Origin: Atopobiaceae bacterium
GTDB lineage: Bacteria; Actinomycetota; Coriobacteriia; Coriobacteriales; Atopobiaceae
NCBI GenBank assembly: GCA_902834555.1
Contig: CADFJN010000012.1
Location: forward strand, 1,602 to 65,601
Length of the DNA: 64,000 nucleotides
Direction: 5' to 3'
Shown: piece by piece, positions 44,344-53,390 of the stretch
Numbering within the stretch: position 1 is the stretch's first letter
Layout of the letters: every line of letters starts with the position of its first letter
Notes under the pieces: model-generated
Seen by the model: the letters and a program-made list of their open reading frames with translations, nothing else
Databases searched by the model: none
Told to the model about the DNA's origin: nothing
Translations under genes and position numbers: made by a program

Positions 44344-46455
44344 CTAGCGCTCGTTCGTCTCCCAGGTAACGCCTGTGAGGCTCCAGGAGTTCCAATCCTC
44401 CACAGGGCCAATCACGCTGAACTGGTACATGTGCGGAGTGTAGTTCCCGTCCCACGTCGGAGCGTCAAAGGCGCGAACGCGATTCTCGTCAAAAGTGGCC
44501 GCGACGTTATACGCCGGAGTCCCATACTTTGCTACCAGTGCCTGGTCGCCGTTGGAGGCCTGGTCGATGACGGTCGCAAGCACATCGGGTGCCCAGACGG
44601 GAGTCGTGGCATCTATGGAAAGGCTCTCATGCGCAGCACCCGCAGGCTTCACGAACAGGATGGGGGACGTCGGCCTCTCGATGGGGGTGTCTGACATGAA
44701 GTCAATCCTGCCGTGGTCTGCCGTCACGATGACCGTAGTGTTGTCATACACCCCAAGCTCCTTGAGATCGTCGAGATAGGTCGAGACGATCTTGAAAGAA
44801 CCAAGGAGCTGCTGATCGTACGTGGTCTCGCCGTCAACCCGCTCTCCCTGCGCGTCCATCGTGTATGGGAAGTGCGCACCCAGCAGGTGGATGAACCGGA
44901 ACGAGCCAGTCTCTCCGTCATTGTTAATGGAGAGACCTCGTATCTTCAGCTGAGCATAGAACGAGGGGTCATCAAAGTTGTATGGAACGTCGCCAAGGTC
45001 ATCCGCTTCCTCCTTGGGGGTGGACATTCTCTGATTAAGCTCGTCGGTGTAGTACCAGAGGAAGGGTTTGAACATCCACGGGAGATCGCGGTACAAGGCG
45101 GCCTTGTACATGATCCGTACCGCACCCGTCTCGTCGAGGCCACTCATGCCACCGTCATCAAGGGGGTGGACGTTCTTAGCAAGCCCGGCGAAGGCATTCG
45201 GGTCGCCATGGGTTGTCGAGCCCGAATCCGAATAGACCCCAATGTCATATCCCAAGCCGCTGAGGTCCTTGAGGTAGGTGCTCTTGCCAACAGAAGACTT
45301 CACGTACTCTTGGAAGTCCTCGCCCTCCTGCGGGAGCTGACCGGTGAGAAGGTATGAGCAGCCATACCTCGTGGGAGCAAGAGAACCCACAGAGTTCTGG
45401 TACCAGGTGAACCCGTCGAGGGCATCGAACATCGAGGGATTGTCCGAGTACACCTCTTCCAGGTACTGTGTGTCGGTCATGTCAAGAACAATGACTACCA
45501 CGTTCTTCTTGTCGGAGACGTCGAACATACCCTGCTCTGTGTAAACGTTATCCTGGTCGTTGGGAACGGGGGCAGTGGCGGGGTTGAGCCAGATCGACGC
45601 AATGGCAACCGCCTGAATGATGATGAGAACTCCCGCAAGCGAAGCGTTCGCAAGGCGTGAGACAGAGGGCTTCCGAACTGCCGCCACAATTGCAACGGCA
45701 ATCACGGCGACCCAGATTGCAGCGCTCACGACCATCGGCTGTTTGTAGAGGCTCCAATCAACGAGGTCACCGTTGGTGATAGGAAGCGACCCGTTAAGAA
45801 ACATCGCCTGCAGATACCCGCAAAGCGTCACCGCCGCAACAAGCGAAAGAACGACATCAAAGGCGCGCCCGCGAAGCACCGAGACGACAAGCGCCAAGAC
45901 AACAGCAACGAGAAGCCCCGCGCGGACGATGGCCGGCCACACAGAGTTGAGGCCATACGTCAGGTCTGCGGTATTCGCCGCCAGCAATTCAAACGGAGCA
46001 ACAACAAAATAGGTAATTGTCAGCGAGACAGAGACCACGAGGGCGAGAAGCAGCCGCTTTGGCCACTTGACGGCCTCCCTGGGGTCACGCCTCCCCTCGC
46101 CGCGCGCGTTGCCGCCCGCGGCTGCAAGCGCATCTCGCGCCGCCGCGTCGGCCGCGGCCTTGCCGGAGGGGTCGATGCGGGAGACCGCGGGCTCGGCCAC
46201 GCGGCCCGCACCCTCGTCTACGTGCAGGATCCTCATGAGGGCCTTGCGCGTGCGCCTGAAGGCCACGCCCAGCACCGCCGAGAGCGCAACCGCCACGGCG
46301 GCCAGCGCCTGGATCGTGTAGGTCATGACCGAGGGGTCCACGTACGCGAGGGCCGGTGTGGCGGGCACAAGCACCCACACGGCAGTAAGGGCAAACGCGT
46401 AGAGCGCGTCGTGGAGCGCGAGCGCCGGCGCGAGCGCATTTCTCGTGCTTCTCAA
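44344..46455 (-). CDS. LtaS/sulfatase-family membrane protein, paralog 2
   Basis: Same architecture: VVVIVLDMTDT, WYQNSVGSLAPTRYG, VIVTADHGR. The first ~110 aa are nearly identical to paralog 1. Confidence 0.8.
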   Translation of the reverse strand: MRSTRNALAPALALHDALYAFALTAVWVLVPATPALAYVDPSVMTYTIQALAAVAVALSAVLGVAFRRTRKALMRILHVDEGAGRVAEPAVSRIDPSGKAAADAAARDALAAAGGNARGEGRRDPREAVKWPKRLLLALVVSVSLTITYFVVAPFELLAANTADLTYGLNSVWPAIVRAGLLVAVVLALVVSVLRGRAFDVVLSLVAAVTLCGYLQAMFLNGSLPITNGDLVDWSLYKQPMVVSAAIWVAVIAVAIVAAVRKPSVSRLANASLAGVLIIIQAVAIASIWLNPATAPVPNDQDNVYTEQGMFDVSDKKNVVVIVLDMTDTQYLEEVYSDNPSMFDALDGFTWYQNSVGSLAPTRYGCSYLLTGQLPQEGEDFQEYVKSSVGKSTYLKDLSGLGYDIGVYSDSGSTTHGDPNAFAGLAKNVHPLDDGGMSGLDETGAVRIMYKAALYRDLPWMFKPFLWYYTDELNQRMSTPKEEADDLGDVPYNFDDPSFYAQLKIRGLSINNDGETGSFRFIHLLGAHFPYTMDAQGERVDGETTYDQQLLGSFKIVSTYLDDLKELGVYDNTTVIVTADHGRIDFMSDTPIERPTSPILFVKPAGAAHESLSIDATTPVWAPDVLATVIDQASNGDQALVAKYGTPAYNVAATFDENRVRAFDAPTWDGNYTPHMYQFSVIGPVEDWNSWSLTGVTWETNER

Positions 46456-46485
46456 GCTCTCATTCCTCCTACGTTCCCACCGGCG

Positions 46486-48618
46486 TCAGCGCCAGATGCG
46501 CTTGGCGTCATCGTCGGTGATGATCCAGTCATTGCCATCAAGACGCCAGTTTGCGAAGTCCTGGGAGTCGCCCGAGATCTCGTACTCGCGCCAGCTGGTA
46601 TCCAGTTTTCCGTTGCTCGTCGTCATGAGGTAGTAGCGTAAGCGGTCCGCAGGGTCATTGCGGTCCTCGATGGCCTGGTTGAACTCGCCGTAGTGGTCAA
46701 GGACCTCCTGCGAGGCACCCATTCCCTTGAGCATCGTTGCTTGAAGGTCATAGTGGCTCACGGGCTGCTGCGAAATCTGGCACGGAACCAAGTCTGCCTC
46801 GGCAGGCTGTGCCGGCTTCACAAAGATGATGGGCGTCGAGACGCCTGCAATCTCATCGGGCGTGATGTACCAGGTGCCGTGGTCAGCGGTGATGACCACC
46901 GTGGTGCTGTCGTAGAGCCCCAGGCGCTTGAGCTCGTCGAGGTAGGTGCGCACAATCTTGAACGCCCCCACCATCTGGGACTCCCAGTCGCTGGACTCTG
47001 CGACCTTGTTGCCATCGGCATCCATGATGTAGGGCCAGTGTGTACCGTCAAGGTGGATGAAGCGGAATGAGGCGTCCTCGTTGTTGATAGAAAGCCCGCT
47101 CTCCTTGAGCTTCGCAAAGTAAGCCGGATCGTCCATGGCGTAAGGGGTGAGGTCCGGGGACGACCCACTCGTGCCGCTTACCATTCCCTGGTTGATCTGG
47201 TCCGTATAGAACCAGAAGAATGGCTTGGCAATCCACGGCATGTCGCGATACAGCGCGCACTGGTACAGAATGCGAAGCGTCCCCTGCCAATCAAGGGCGC
47301 TCTTCGCAACGTCCGAGGTGCTCTCGAAGTTCTCGGCGTGCTGCCCCAGGTATTCGCTCCAGCCGTCTATCCAGTCCGCAGAGTCAGAGTAGATGCCCGT
47401 GGTATAGCTCTGAGCTGCAACATCATCCAAGAAGTAGCTGTCCGAGTACATGGACGAGAGGAAATCCGCCGCGTCCTCCCCTGCTTGTGGCCGCATGCCC
47501 GTAAGCAGGGAGGGGATGCCATAGCGCGTAGGAATCATAGACCCCGTACTGTTCTGGTACCAGGTAAAGCCATCCAAACCGTCAAACATGTTTGGGTTGT
47601 CGGCATATGCTTTCTTGGCATCTGCGGTGTCGGTCATGTCAAGCACAAAGCACACCACGTTCTTCTTGCCCGAGACGTCAAAGAGGCCCTTCTCGGTGAT
47701 GGTGATGGACTCTGGCTCGGATTCCGCCTTGGTCACAATTCCAACAACGCCGGCAACCTGCACAACGATGAGAGCGGCACTCAGTGCTGCGGCAGCGGCC
47801 CTCTCCACCCGCGGGCGCTTGACTGCAAGAACAACAAGGGCGGTGACGACCGTCGCCCATACAAGCAGGCTGATACCAGTGACGGACGCAAACTGGGTCC
47901 AGTCCACAAGATTGCCATCGGCGACGGGCAGGCTCGAGTTCATGGAGAGCACCTGCACGTAGGCACTCACGCCAAGAGCAACGATGACGGCGAGAATCAC
48001 CTCAAAGGCGCGACCGCGGAACGCCGAGAGCACAAAGCCGCTGGCAACGGCCAGGAGAAGACCAGCCACGACCACGATCTGCCACACCTGACGGACCCCA
48101 AAGAGCAGGCTGTCGGAGCTGCCGGCAACAAGCTCGAGCGGAGCCACCACAAACACCGTGAGGACGAGAAAGACGCAGGCGAGAAGCGCAAGCACGATCC
48201 GGCGGCGCCAGGGGATGCCCGCCCGGCGGCCCGTGGCGGCCCCGCGCGCGTTGCCGCCCGCGGCTGCAAGCGCATCTCGCGCCGCCGCGTCGGCCGCGGC
48301 CTTGCCGGAGGGGTCGATGCGGGAGACCGCGGGCTCGGCCACGCGGCCCGCACCCTCGTCTACGTGCAGGATCCTCATGAGGGCCTTGCGCGTGCGCCTG
48401 AAGGCCACGCCCAGCACCGCCGAGAGCGCAACCGCCACGGCGGCCAGCGCCTGGATCGTGTAGGTCATGACCGAGGGGTCCACGTACGCGAGGGCCGGCG
48501 TGGCCATCGCTGTGAGCAGACAGGCACTTATCGCAGCAAGGCCAAGGACGTCCCACGCAAGGACCAGCAGGCGCCCAACAATGCGGTGCGCACCCTTTTG
48601 GGAGCGGCTAGTCATCAT
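46486..48618 (-). CDS. LtaS/sulfatase-family membrane protein, paralog 3
   Basis: Start taken at MMTSRSQKG (48618) by alignment with paralogs 1 and 2; the longer track ORF to 48894 overlaps the upstream gene. VVCFVLDMTDT, WYQNSTGSMIPTRYG, VVITADHGTW. Confidence 0.8.
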   Translation of the reverse strand: MMTSRSQKGAHRIVGRLLVLAWDVLGLAAISACLLTAMATPALAYVDPSVMTYTIQALAAVAVALSAVLGVAFRRTRKALMRILHVDEGAGRVAEPAVSRIDPSGKAAADAAARDALAAAGGNARGAATGRRAGIPWRRRIVLALLACVFLVLTVFVVAPLELVAGSSDSLLFGVRQVWQIVVVAGLLLAVASGFVLSAFRGRAFEVILAVIVALGVSAYVQVLSMNSSLPVADGNLVDWTQFASVTGISLLVWATVVTALVVLAVKRPRVERAAAAALSAALIVVQVAGVVGIVTKAESEPESITITEKGLFDVSGKKNVVCFVLDMTDTADAKKAYADNPNMFDGLDGFTWYQNSTGSMIPTRYGIPSLLTGMRPQAGEDAADFLSSMYSDSYFLDDVAAQSYTTGIYSDSADWIDGWSEYLGQHAENFESTSDVAKSALDWQGTLRILYQCALYRDMPWIAKPFFWFYTDQINQGMVSGTSGSSPDLTPYAMDDPAYFAKLKESGLSINNEDASFRFIHLDGTHWPYIMDADGNKVAESSDWESQMVGAFKIVRTYLDELKRLGLYDSTTVVITADHGTWYITPDEIAGVSTPIIFVKPAQPAEADLVPCQISQQPVSHYDLQATMLKGMGASQEVLDHYGEFNQAIEDRNDPADRLRYYLMTTSNGKLDTSWREYEISGDSQDFANWRLDGNDWIITDDDAKRIWR

Positions 48619-50554
48619 TGTCGCCCTGAACCCCCGTCCCAAACGCACCAGCCGCGGTAATGTCCTTGCCCTCCTGCTTTGCGAGAATCTCGCCGAGGAT
48701 GTACTCGCCCGCGGCCTCGCCGCCGTGGCCAAGGTTGTAGATGAAGCCGTCACGAATCTGGCGAATCCTGTCGTTCCAGGACGAGGAGTTCGTGACCATG
48801 TCGTCGATGACGTCCTCGAGCTCGGAGAGGTCCTTGGGGTCAAGCGAGCGGCCAATCTGGTTGCGCAGCGTGATGTCGGTGGGCGTAATGCCAACCTGCT
48901 CGTAGTCCGGGTTGATGACCTTCATGGGGGTGTCGATGAAGAGCGACGGCTTGAGCGTGGTGAACGAGAACTCCTCGGCAATCGTCGACCAGTCGGTAAT
49001 CAGCACATCGGACTCGAGGATGGAGCCGTGGCCGGAGAAGTCCGCCTCGATCGTGAGCTCGTCGGAGCTCACCTTGGAGTAGCGTTCGACAAGCGCCTCC
49101 CAGCGAGGCCGGTAGCGCTTCACGTACTCGGGGTGGGGACGAAGAATCACGTGGTAGCCGTGGCCAAGCAGGCGGCTGAGCATGTCGTCGATGCAGGTGT
49201 CGAGGATGTTGTCCGTGTTCCACGAGGGCGCGATGAGGATGATGGGGCGCTCGTGCTTCTCGTGAGGCATCTTCTCGTAGTCTGCCATCTCGCGGTCGAG
49301 AAGGTCGTAGCCAATCTCGGGGACCTTCTTCTTCTGCGTGTGATAGGCCTTCTCCATGGCGCGGATCTCTGCCTTCTGGTGAGGGCCAACGCACATTATG
49401 GTGTCGTAGTTGTCGTACTCCTGCTTTGTGCCCGTCATGTGCATCGAAGTCATGTGGTGGCACATGTAGATGTACTCGATGTCCTTGCGGATGTAGGAGC
49501 GCTTGATGTAGTACACGTCGAGCGCGCCAAGCGAGGTCACCACCACGTCGGCGTCCATCTTCATCATGAGGGTGATGAGGCGCTTCTGGTCGAGGAAGTA
49601 CGGGATGAGGCGCGGTTCGCGCTTGGCGATGTCAAAGACCTGGTCGTTGGGGTCGCTCGTAAGGTAGTGGATGCGCACGTCGGAGTTGTTGAGCAGCCAC
49701 TCTATGGCGCCCTGGAAGTACTTGTAGAAGCCCGAGCTCTCGGAGTAGAACACCAGGTGCTTGCCGTCCACCTTGAAGAAGCGCTTGTAGTCCGCCTTGG
49801 CGCGGCGGGCCAGCGGGTCTGGCTGGTACCACTTGCGATCGCCCTTGGTGGCCTCCTCGATGGCGTTGAACTCGTCGCGTGCGGCATTGAGGTCCTCGTA
49901 GTCGATGTAGTCGCGCGGCTTCACAATCACGTTGCACAGCGCCTGCACCGCAATGGAGAGAAGGTTGGAGCACACCCAGTAGAAGGCCATGCCGCACACC
50001 ACGTAGAAGCCCAGGAAGAGCGAAAGGGCGATGGAGAGGCCATTGGTCATGTTCTTCTCGGCACGGGACTGCTCGCGCTGCAGAGGGTTGATGCGGTTGG
50101 AGGCCCAGCCCATGATCACAGCCGAGAGGCCCGCGAACAGTGGCATGATGAGCGACGCGCCGCCGTTCTCGATGGGCACGAGGCCCAGAAACTCGGTGCC
50201 GGAGGCGCCGGAGTCCGTGATGGAGTGGATGACGTCGACCAGGCCAAAGAGGATGACCACCTGGATGGCCAGCGGGATGAGCGAGAGCAGGGCATGGTAG
50301 TGCTTCTCGTGATAGAGCTCGTTCTGCTTCTCCTCGATGGTCTCGCGGTCGCCATAGTAGCGGCACTTGATGCGGAATAGCTCGGGCATGAGCTGCACCA
50401 TCACGATGCTGTTCTTCTGGCACCATACCGAGAGCGGCATGAGGATGACCTTGGAGAACAGGGTGAAGAGAAAGATTGCCGCCCACCAGCTACCGGTGAG
50501 GTCGTAGGCCGGCTGCACGATAAGCGAGAAGAAATTCGCTAGCGCCTCGAACAT
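48608..50554 (-). CDS. Fusion protein: YidC/Oxa1-like membrane insertase domain + TagB/TagF-type CDP-glycerol glycerophosphotransferase domain
   Basis: N-terminus: WWAAIFLFTLFSKVILMPLSVWCQKNSIVMVQLMPELFRIKCRYYGD...YWVCSNLLSIAVQ (YidC-like, 5 TM). C-terminus: IILIAPSWN, LRPHPEY, DVLITDWSTIAEEF (Glyphos_transf-like). Confidence 0.75.
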   Translation of the reverse strand: MFEALANFFSLIVQPAYDLTGSWWAAIFLFTLFSKVILMPLSVWCQKNSIVMVQLMPELFRIKCRYYGDRETIEEKQNELYHEKHYHALLSLIPLAIQVVILFGLVDVIHSITDSGASGTEFLGLVPIENGGASLIMPLFAGLSAVIMGWASNRINPLQREQSRAEKNMTNGLSIALSLFLGFYVVCGMAFYWVCSNLLSIAVQALCNVIVKPRDYIDYEDLNAARDEFNAIEEATKGDRKWYQPDPLARRAKADYKRFFKVDGKHLVFYSESSGFYKYFQGAIEWLLNNSDVRIHYLTSDPNDQVFDIAKREPRLIPYFLDQKRLITLMMKMDADVVVTSLGALDVYYIKRSYIRKDIEYIYMCHHMTSMHMTGTKQEYDNYDTIMCVGPHQKAEIRAMEKAYHTQKKKVPEIGYDLLDREMADYEKMPHEKHERPIILIAPSWNTDNILDTCIDDMLSRLLGHGYHVILRPHPEYVKRYRPRWEALVERYSKVSSDELTIEADFSGHGSILESDVLITDWSTIAEEFSFTTLKPSLFIDTPMKVINPDYEQVGITPTDITLRNQIGRSLDPKDLSELEDVIDDMVTNSSSWNDRIRQIRDGFIYNLGHGGEAAGEYILGEILAKQEGKDITAAGAFGTGVQGDNDD

Positions 50555-50723
50555 TATGCAACTCCCAGGGTTTTCAGCTGATATTGGGACCGTGCTACCT
50601 TACCACGCGAGAACGACACAATTGCCTTCTCCTAACATGCTCACGAACCTGCTATGCCGCACGACGCACCGCATGCGCTGCGTTATCCTCATGGCAGGTG
50701 GAGGCGCATCGAGAGGGGCACAC

Positions 50724-51956
50724 ATGGCTTTGGGCAATACCGTGCTGGTAGGACAGTCTGGCGGACCAACCGCGGCGATCAACGCGAGCCTGGCGGGCGT
50801 GGTTGGCGCCGCGCGCGCAGCAGGCCTCCACACGCTGGGCATGCGCTACGGCATCCAGGGACTTCTCGACGGCCGCACCGTGGACCTCGATGAGCGCCTA
50901 GCGGGCCCTGCCCAGCTCGAGCTTCTCTCGCACACGCCGTCGAGCTACCTGGGAAGCTGCCGATACAAGCTGCCGGACCCCTCCACAGACGAGACACCCT
51001 ACCGCACGCTCTTCCAGCGCTTCTCCGAGCTTGGTGCCCGTGCGGTGCTCTACATTGGCGGCAACGACTCCATGGACACCATTGCCAAGCTCTCTCGCTA
51101 CGGCGAGGCCATGGACTCTCGGATCCGCTTTGTGGGCGTGCCCAAGACCATCGACAACGACCTCATCCTCACCGACCACACGCCCGGTTACGGCAGCGCT
51201 GCCAAGTTCATTGCCGTCACCGTGGACGAGCTGGCATGCGACGCCGACGTCTACGACCTCAAGAGCGTCACCTTTGTGGAAATCATGGGTCGAGATGCCG
51301 GCTGGCTTGCGGCGTCTGCAGCGCTTGCCGGTGAGGCAGGCGGCCACGCGCCCGACCTCGTGCTCCTTCCCGAGGTACCGCTTGACGAGCAAGTCCTCCT
51401 CCAGAGGCTCTCGGGGCTTCTCGCCGAGAAGAACACCGTGGTCGTTGCCGTAAGCGAGGGCGTTCGCACGGCAGACGGCACGCTCATCTGCGAGCGCGCA
51501 GGCTCCACGGCGCGCGTCGACGCCTTTGGGCACGCTGCAGCGCTCTCGGGCACGAGCCGCTACCTGGCAGACCTTGCCCACCGCGAGCTAGGATGCAAGA
51601 CTCGTGCCGTCGAGCTGTGCACCACGCAGCGCTGCGCCGCCCACCTGGCAAGCCAGGCCGACCTCACCGAGGCGGCCGGCCTTGGCGCGCGAGGCGTGAA
51701 CGCAGCACTAGACGGCGCCTCGGGCGTCATGAGTGCGCTCGCGCGCGTGTCCGATGCGCCGTACGAGGTGCGCTACGAGCTGGTTGACGTGAACCGTGTG
51801 GCAAACTCCGTGAAGGCCGTACCCGCGGAGATGATCCGCGAGGACGGCATGGGCGTGACCGAGGCGTACCTGCGCTACGCGCGTCCGCTCGTTGCCGGCG
51901 AGCCGTCACTCTCGTTTGTGGGCGGCGTGCCCGCACACGTGACATCGCTGGCGTAG
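50724..51956 (+). CDS. pfp: 6-phosphofructokinase, pyrophosphate-dependent type by active-site signature
   Basis: Internal ATG 50724 (MALGNTVLVGQSGGPTAAINA). GGNDS (Asp at the E. coli Gly104 position) and PKTIDND (Lys at the Gly124 position). Confidence 0.8.
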   Translation: MALGNTVLVGQSGGPTAAINASLAGVVGAARAAGLHTLGMRYGIQGLLDGRTVDLDERLAGPAQLELLSHTPSSYLGSCRYKLPDPSTDETPYRTLFQRFSELGARAVLYIGGNDSMDTIAKLSRYGEAMDSRIRFVGVPKTIDNDLILTDHTPGYGSAAKFIAVTVDELACDADVYDLKSVTFVEIMGRDAGWLAASAALAGEAGGHAPDLVLLPEVPLDEQVLLQRLSGLLAEKNTVVVAVSEGVRTADGTLICERAGSTARVDAFGHAAALSGTSRYLADLAHRELGCKTRAVELCTTQRCAAHLASQADLTEAAGLGARGVNAALDGASGVMSALARVSDAPYEVRYELVDVNRVANSVKAVPAEMIREDGMGVTEAYLRYARPLVAGEPSLSFVGGVPAHVTSLA

Positions 51957-51967
51957 CAACAAGAGCA

Positions 51968-51992
51968 CCCCTCTCGACCGAGTCGAGAGGGG
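51968..51992. terminator. Hairpin between convergent pfp and adh genes (CCCCTCTCGA-CCGAG-TCGAGAGGGG)
   Basis: 10-bp perfect stem with no clear T-tract. It lies between the two stop codons (51956 and 52027). Confidence 0.45.
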
Positions 51993-52026
51993 CGCATTGG
52001 CGGACAGGCGGGTCGCGCGGATGGTG

Positions 52027-53187
52027 CTAGAGTGCCACGCGGTAGATCTCCACGATGTCGTCGGCCGTGAGGGGCACGAAGCTACCCTTGCTGCCAGCGG
52101 CGGCCTTCTCGGCCATCACACGGAAGTTCTTCTCGTCATCGATGCCAACGGCACGCAGGTTGGCCGGCATGCCCATGGTCACAAAGAAGAACTCGCGAGT
52201 CTTGGCGATGGCGTCGCGTGCCACGGACATGTCGTCGGTGCCCTGCAGGCCCCAGACGTTGCGGCCGTACGTCGCGAACATGGGCGCGGTCTTGACAGAG
52301 AGCACGTGCTCCATCCACGCGGGCGTGAGGATGGCCAGACCCTCGCCGTGGGTGATGTCATAGAAGGCAGAGAGCTCGTGCTCCATGGGGTGCACGCACC
52401 AGGCGTTGGCGGCACCAGCGTTGACCAGGCCGTTAATCGCGTGCGAGGCAGCCCACATGAGGTTGGCTCGGGCATCGTAGTTATCCGGCTCCTCAAGCGC
52501 GATGGGCCCGTAGTGAATCATGGTGCGGAGAAGCCCCTCGGCCATGCGCTGCTGGACATAGGCGCCCGGCTCCATGGTGAAGTAGTTCTCGAAGGTGTGG
52601 CTCATCATGTCGGCCGTGCCGGCAGCGGTCTGGCGACGCGAGACGGTGAAGGTGTAGGTGGGGTCGAGCACGGACATGGTGGGCTTTAGGCACTCGGCGG
52701 CGGTGCCCCACTTCTCGTTCTTGGTCATGTCCGATATCACGGCGAACGGGTCCATCTCCGAGCCGGTCGCGGAGAGCGTGAGCACCGAGAAGATGGGAAG
52801 CGCGGCGGTGATCTTCTCGGGATGAATCACCAGGTCCCAGGGGTCACCGTCATAGCGGGCGCCGGCCGCGACAACCTTGGCGCAGTCGATCGTGGAGCCA
52901 CCGCCGATGGCAAGGACCATGTCGACGCCCTTGGCCTTGCAGGTCTCCACGCCGCGGCGAACGGTCTCGATGCGAGGGTTGGGCTCCACGCCCGAGAGCT
53001 CCTCGACCTCCACGCCGGCCTGGCCGAGGATGCGCAGGGCCTCATCGTAGATGCCGTTGCGCTTGATTGAGCCGCCGCCATAGCAGAGCAGGGCCTTCTT
53101 GCCATACTGGGCAAGCTCAGACAGGTGCGAGATCTGGCCCTTGCCAAAGTGGATGGTGGTGGGGACATGGAACGTGAAGTTGTACAT
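52027..53187 (-). CDS. Iron-containing (group III) alcohol dehydrogenase, YqhD/BdhA-like
   Basis: Internal ATG 53187 (MYNFTFHVPTTIHFGKGQISHL...). LAIGGGSTIDCAK and a C-terminal His cluster. The upstream 187 codons of the track ORF are spurious. Confidence 0.88.
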   Translation of the reverse strand: MYNFTFHVPTTIHFGKGQISHLSELAQYGKKALLCYGGGSIKRNGIYDEALRILGQAGVEVEELSGVEPNPRIETVRRGVETCKAKGVDMVLAIGGGSTIDCAKVVAAGARYDGDPWDLVIHPEKITAALPIFSVLTLSATGSEMDPFAVISDMTKNEKWGTAAECLKPTMSVLDPTYTFTVSRRQTAAGTADMMSHTFENYFTMEPGAYVQQRMAEGLLRTMIHYGPIALEEPDNYDARANLMWAASHAINGLVNAGAANAWCVHPMEHELSAFYDITHGEGLAILTPAWMEHVLSVKTAPMFATYGRNVWGLQGTDDMSVARDAIAKTREFFFVTMGMPANLRAVGIDDEKNFRVMAEKAAAGSKGSFVPLTADDIVEIYRVAL

Positions 53188-53275
53188 GCTGTTTCCCTTC
53201 TCGTGCCGGTAGGCGCCCGACCGCAGGCGCCGCGTTGGTCCCATGGTAGCGCGTGCGGAAGGACTGCCGTGGTTA

Positions 53276-53370
53276 GCGCCTCTCGCTGCCGGCTGGCTCG
53301 TTCCCTCTCGCCTCTCGCTGACGGCTGGCCCGTTCCTTCTCGCCTCTCGCTGACGGCTGGCCCGTTCCCT
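53276..53370. repeat. About 38-bp tandem repeat x about 2.5 (TCTCGCCTCTCGCTGACGGCTGGCCCGTTCC[CT])
   Basis: tctcgctgccggctggctcgttccc tctcgcctctcgctgacggctggcccgttcct tctcgcctctcgctgacggctggcccgttccc. Confidence 0.8.
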
Positions 53371-53390
53371 CCCCCGTCCCTCGGATGCCG

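Noticed and set aside
48467-50380. 637-aa plus-strand ORF opposite the YidC-TagF fusion gene, and 59422..61077 (551 aa) opposite the radical SAM gene
   Set aside because: Same reasoning. The minus-strand frames carry the family motifs and RBSs, while the plus-strand translations are repetitive V/G/A/L/E/D/H strings.
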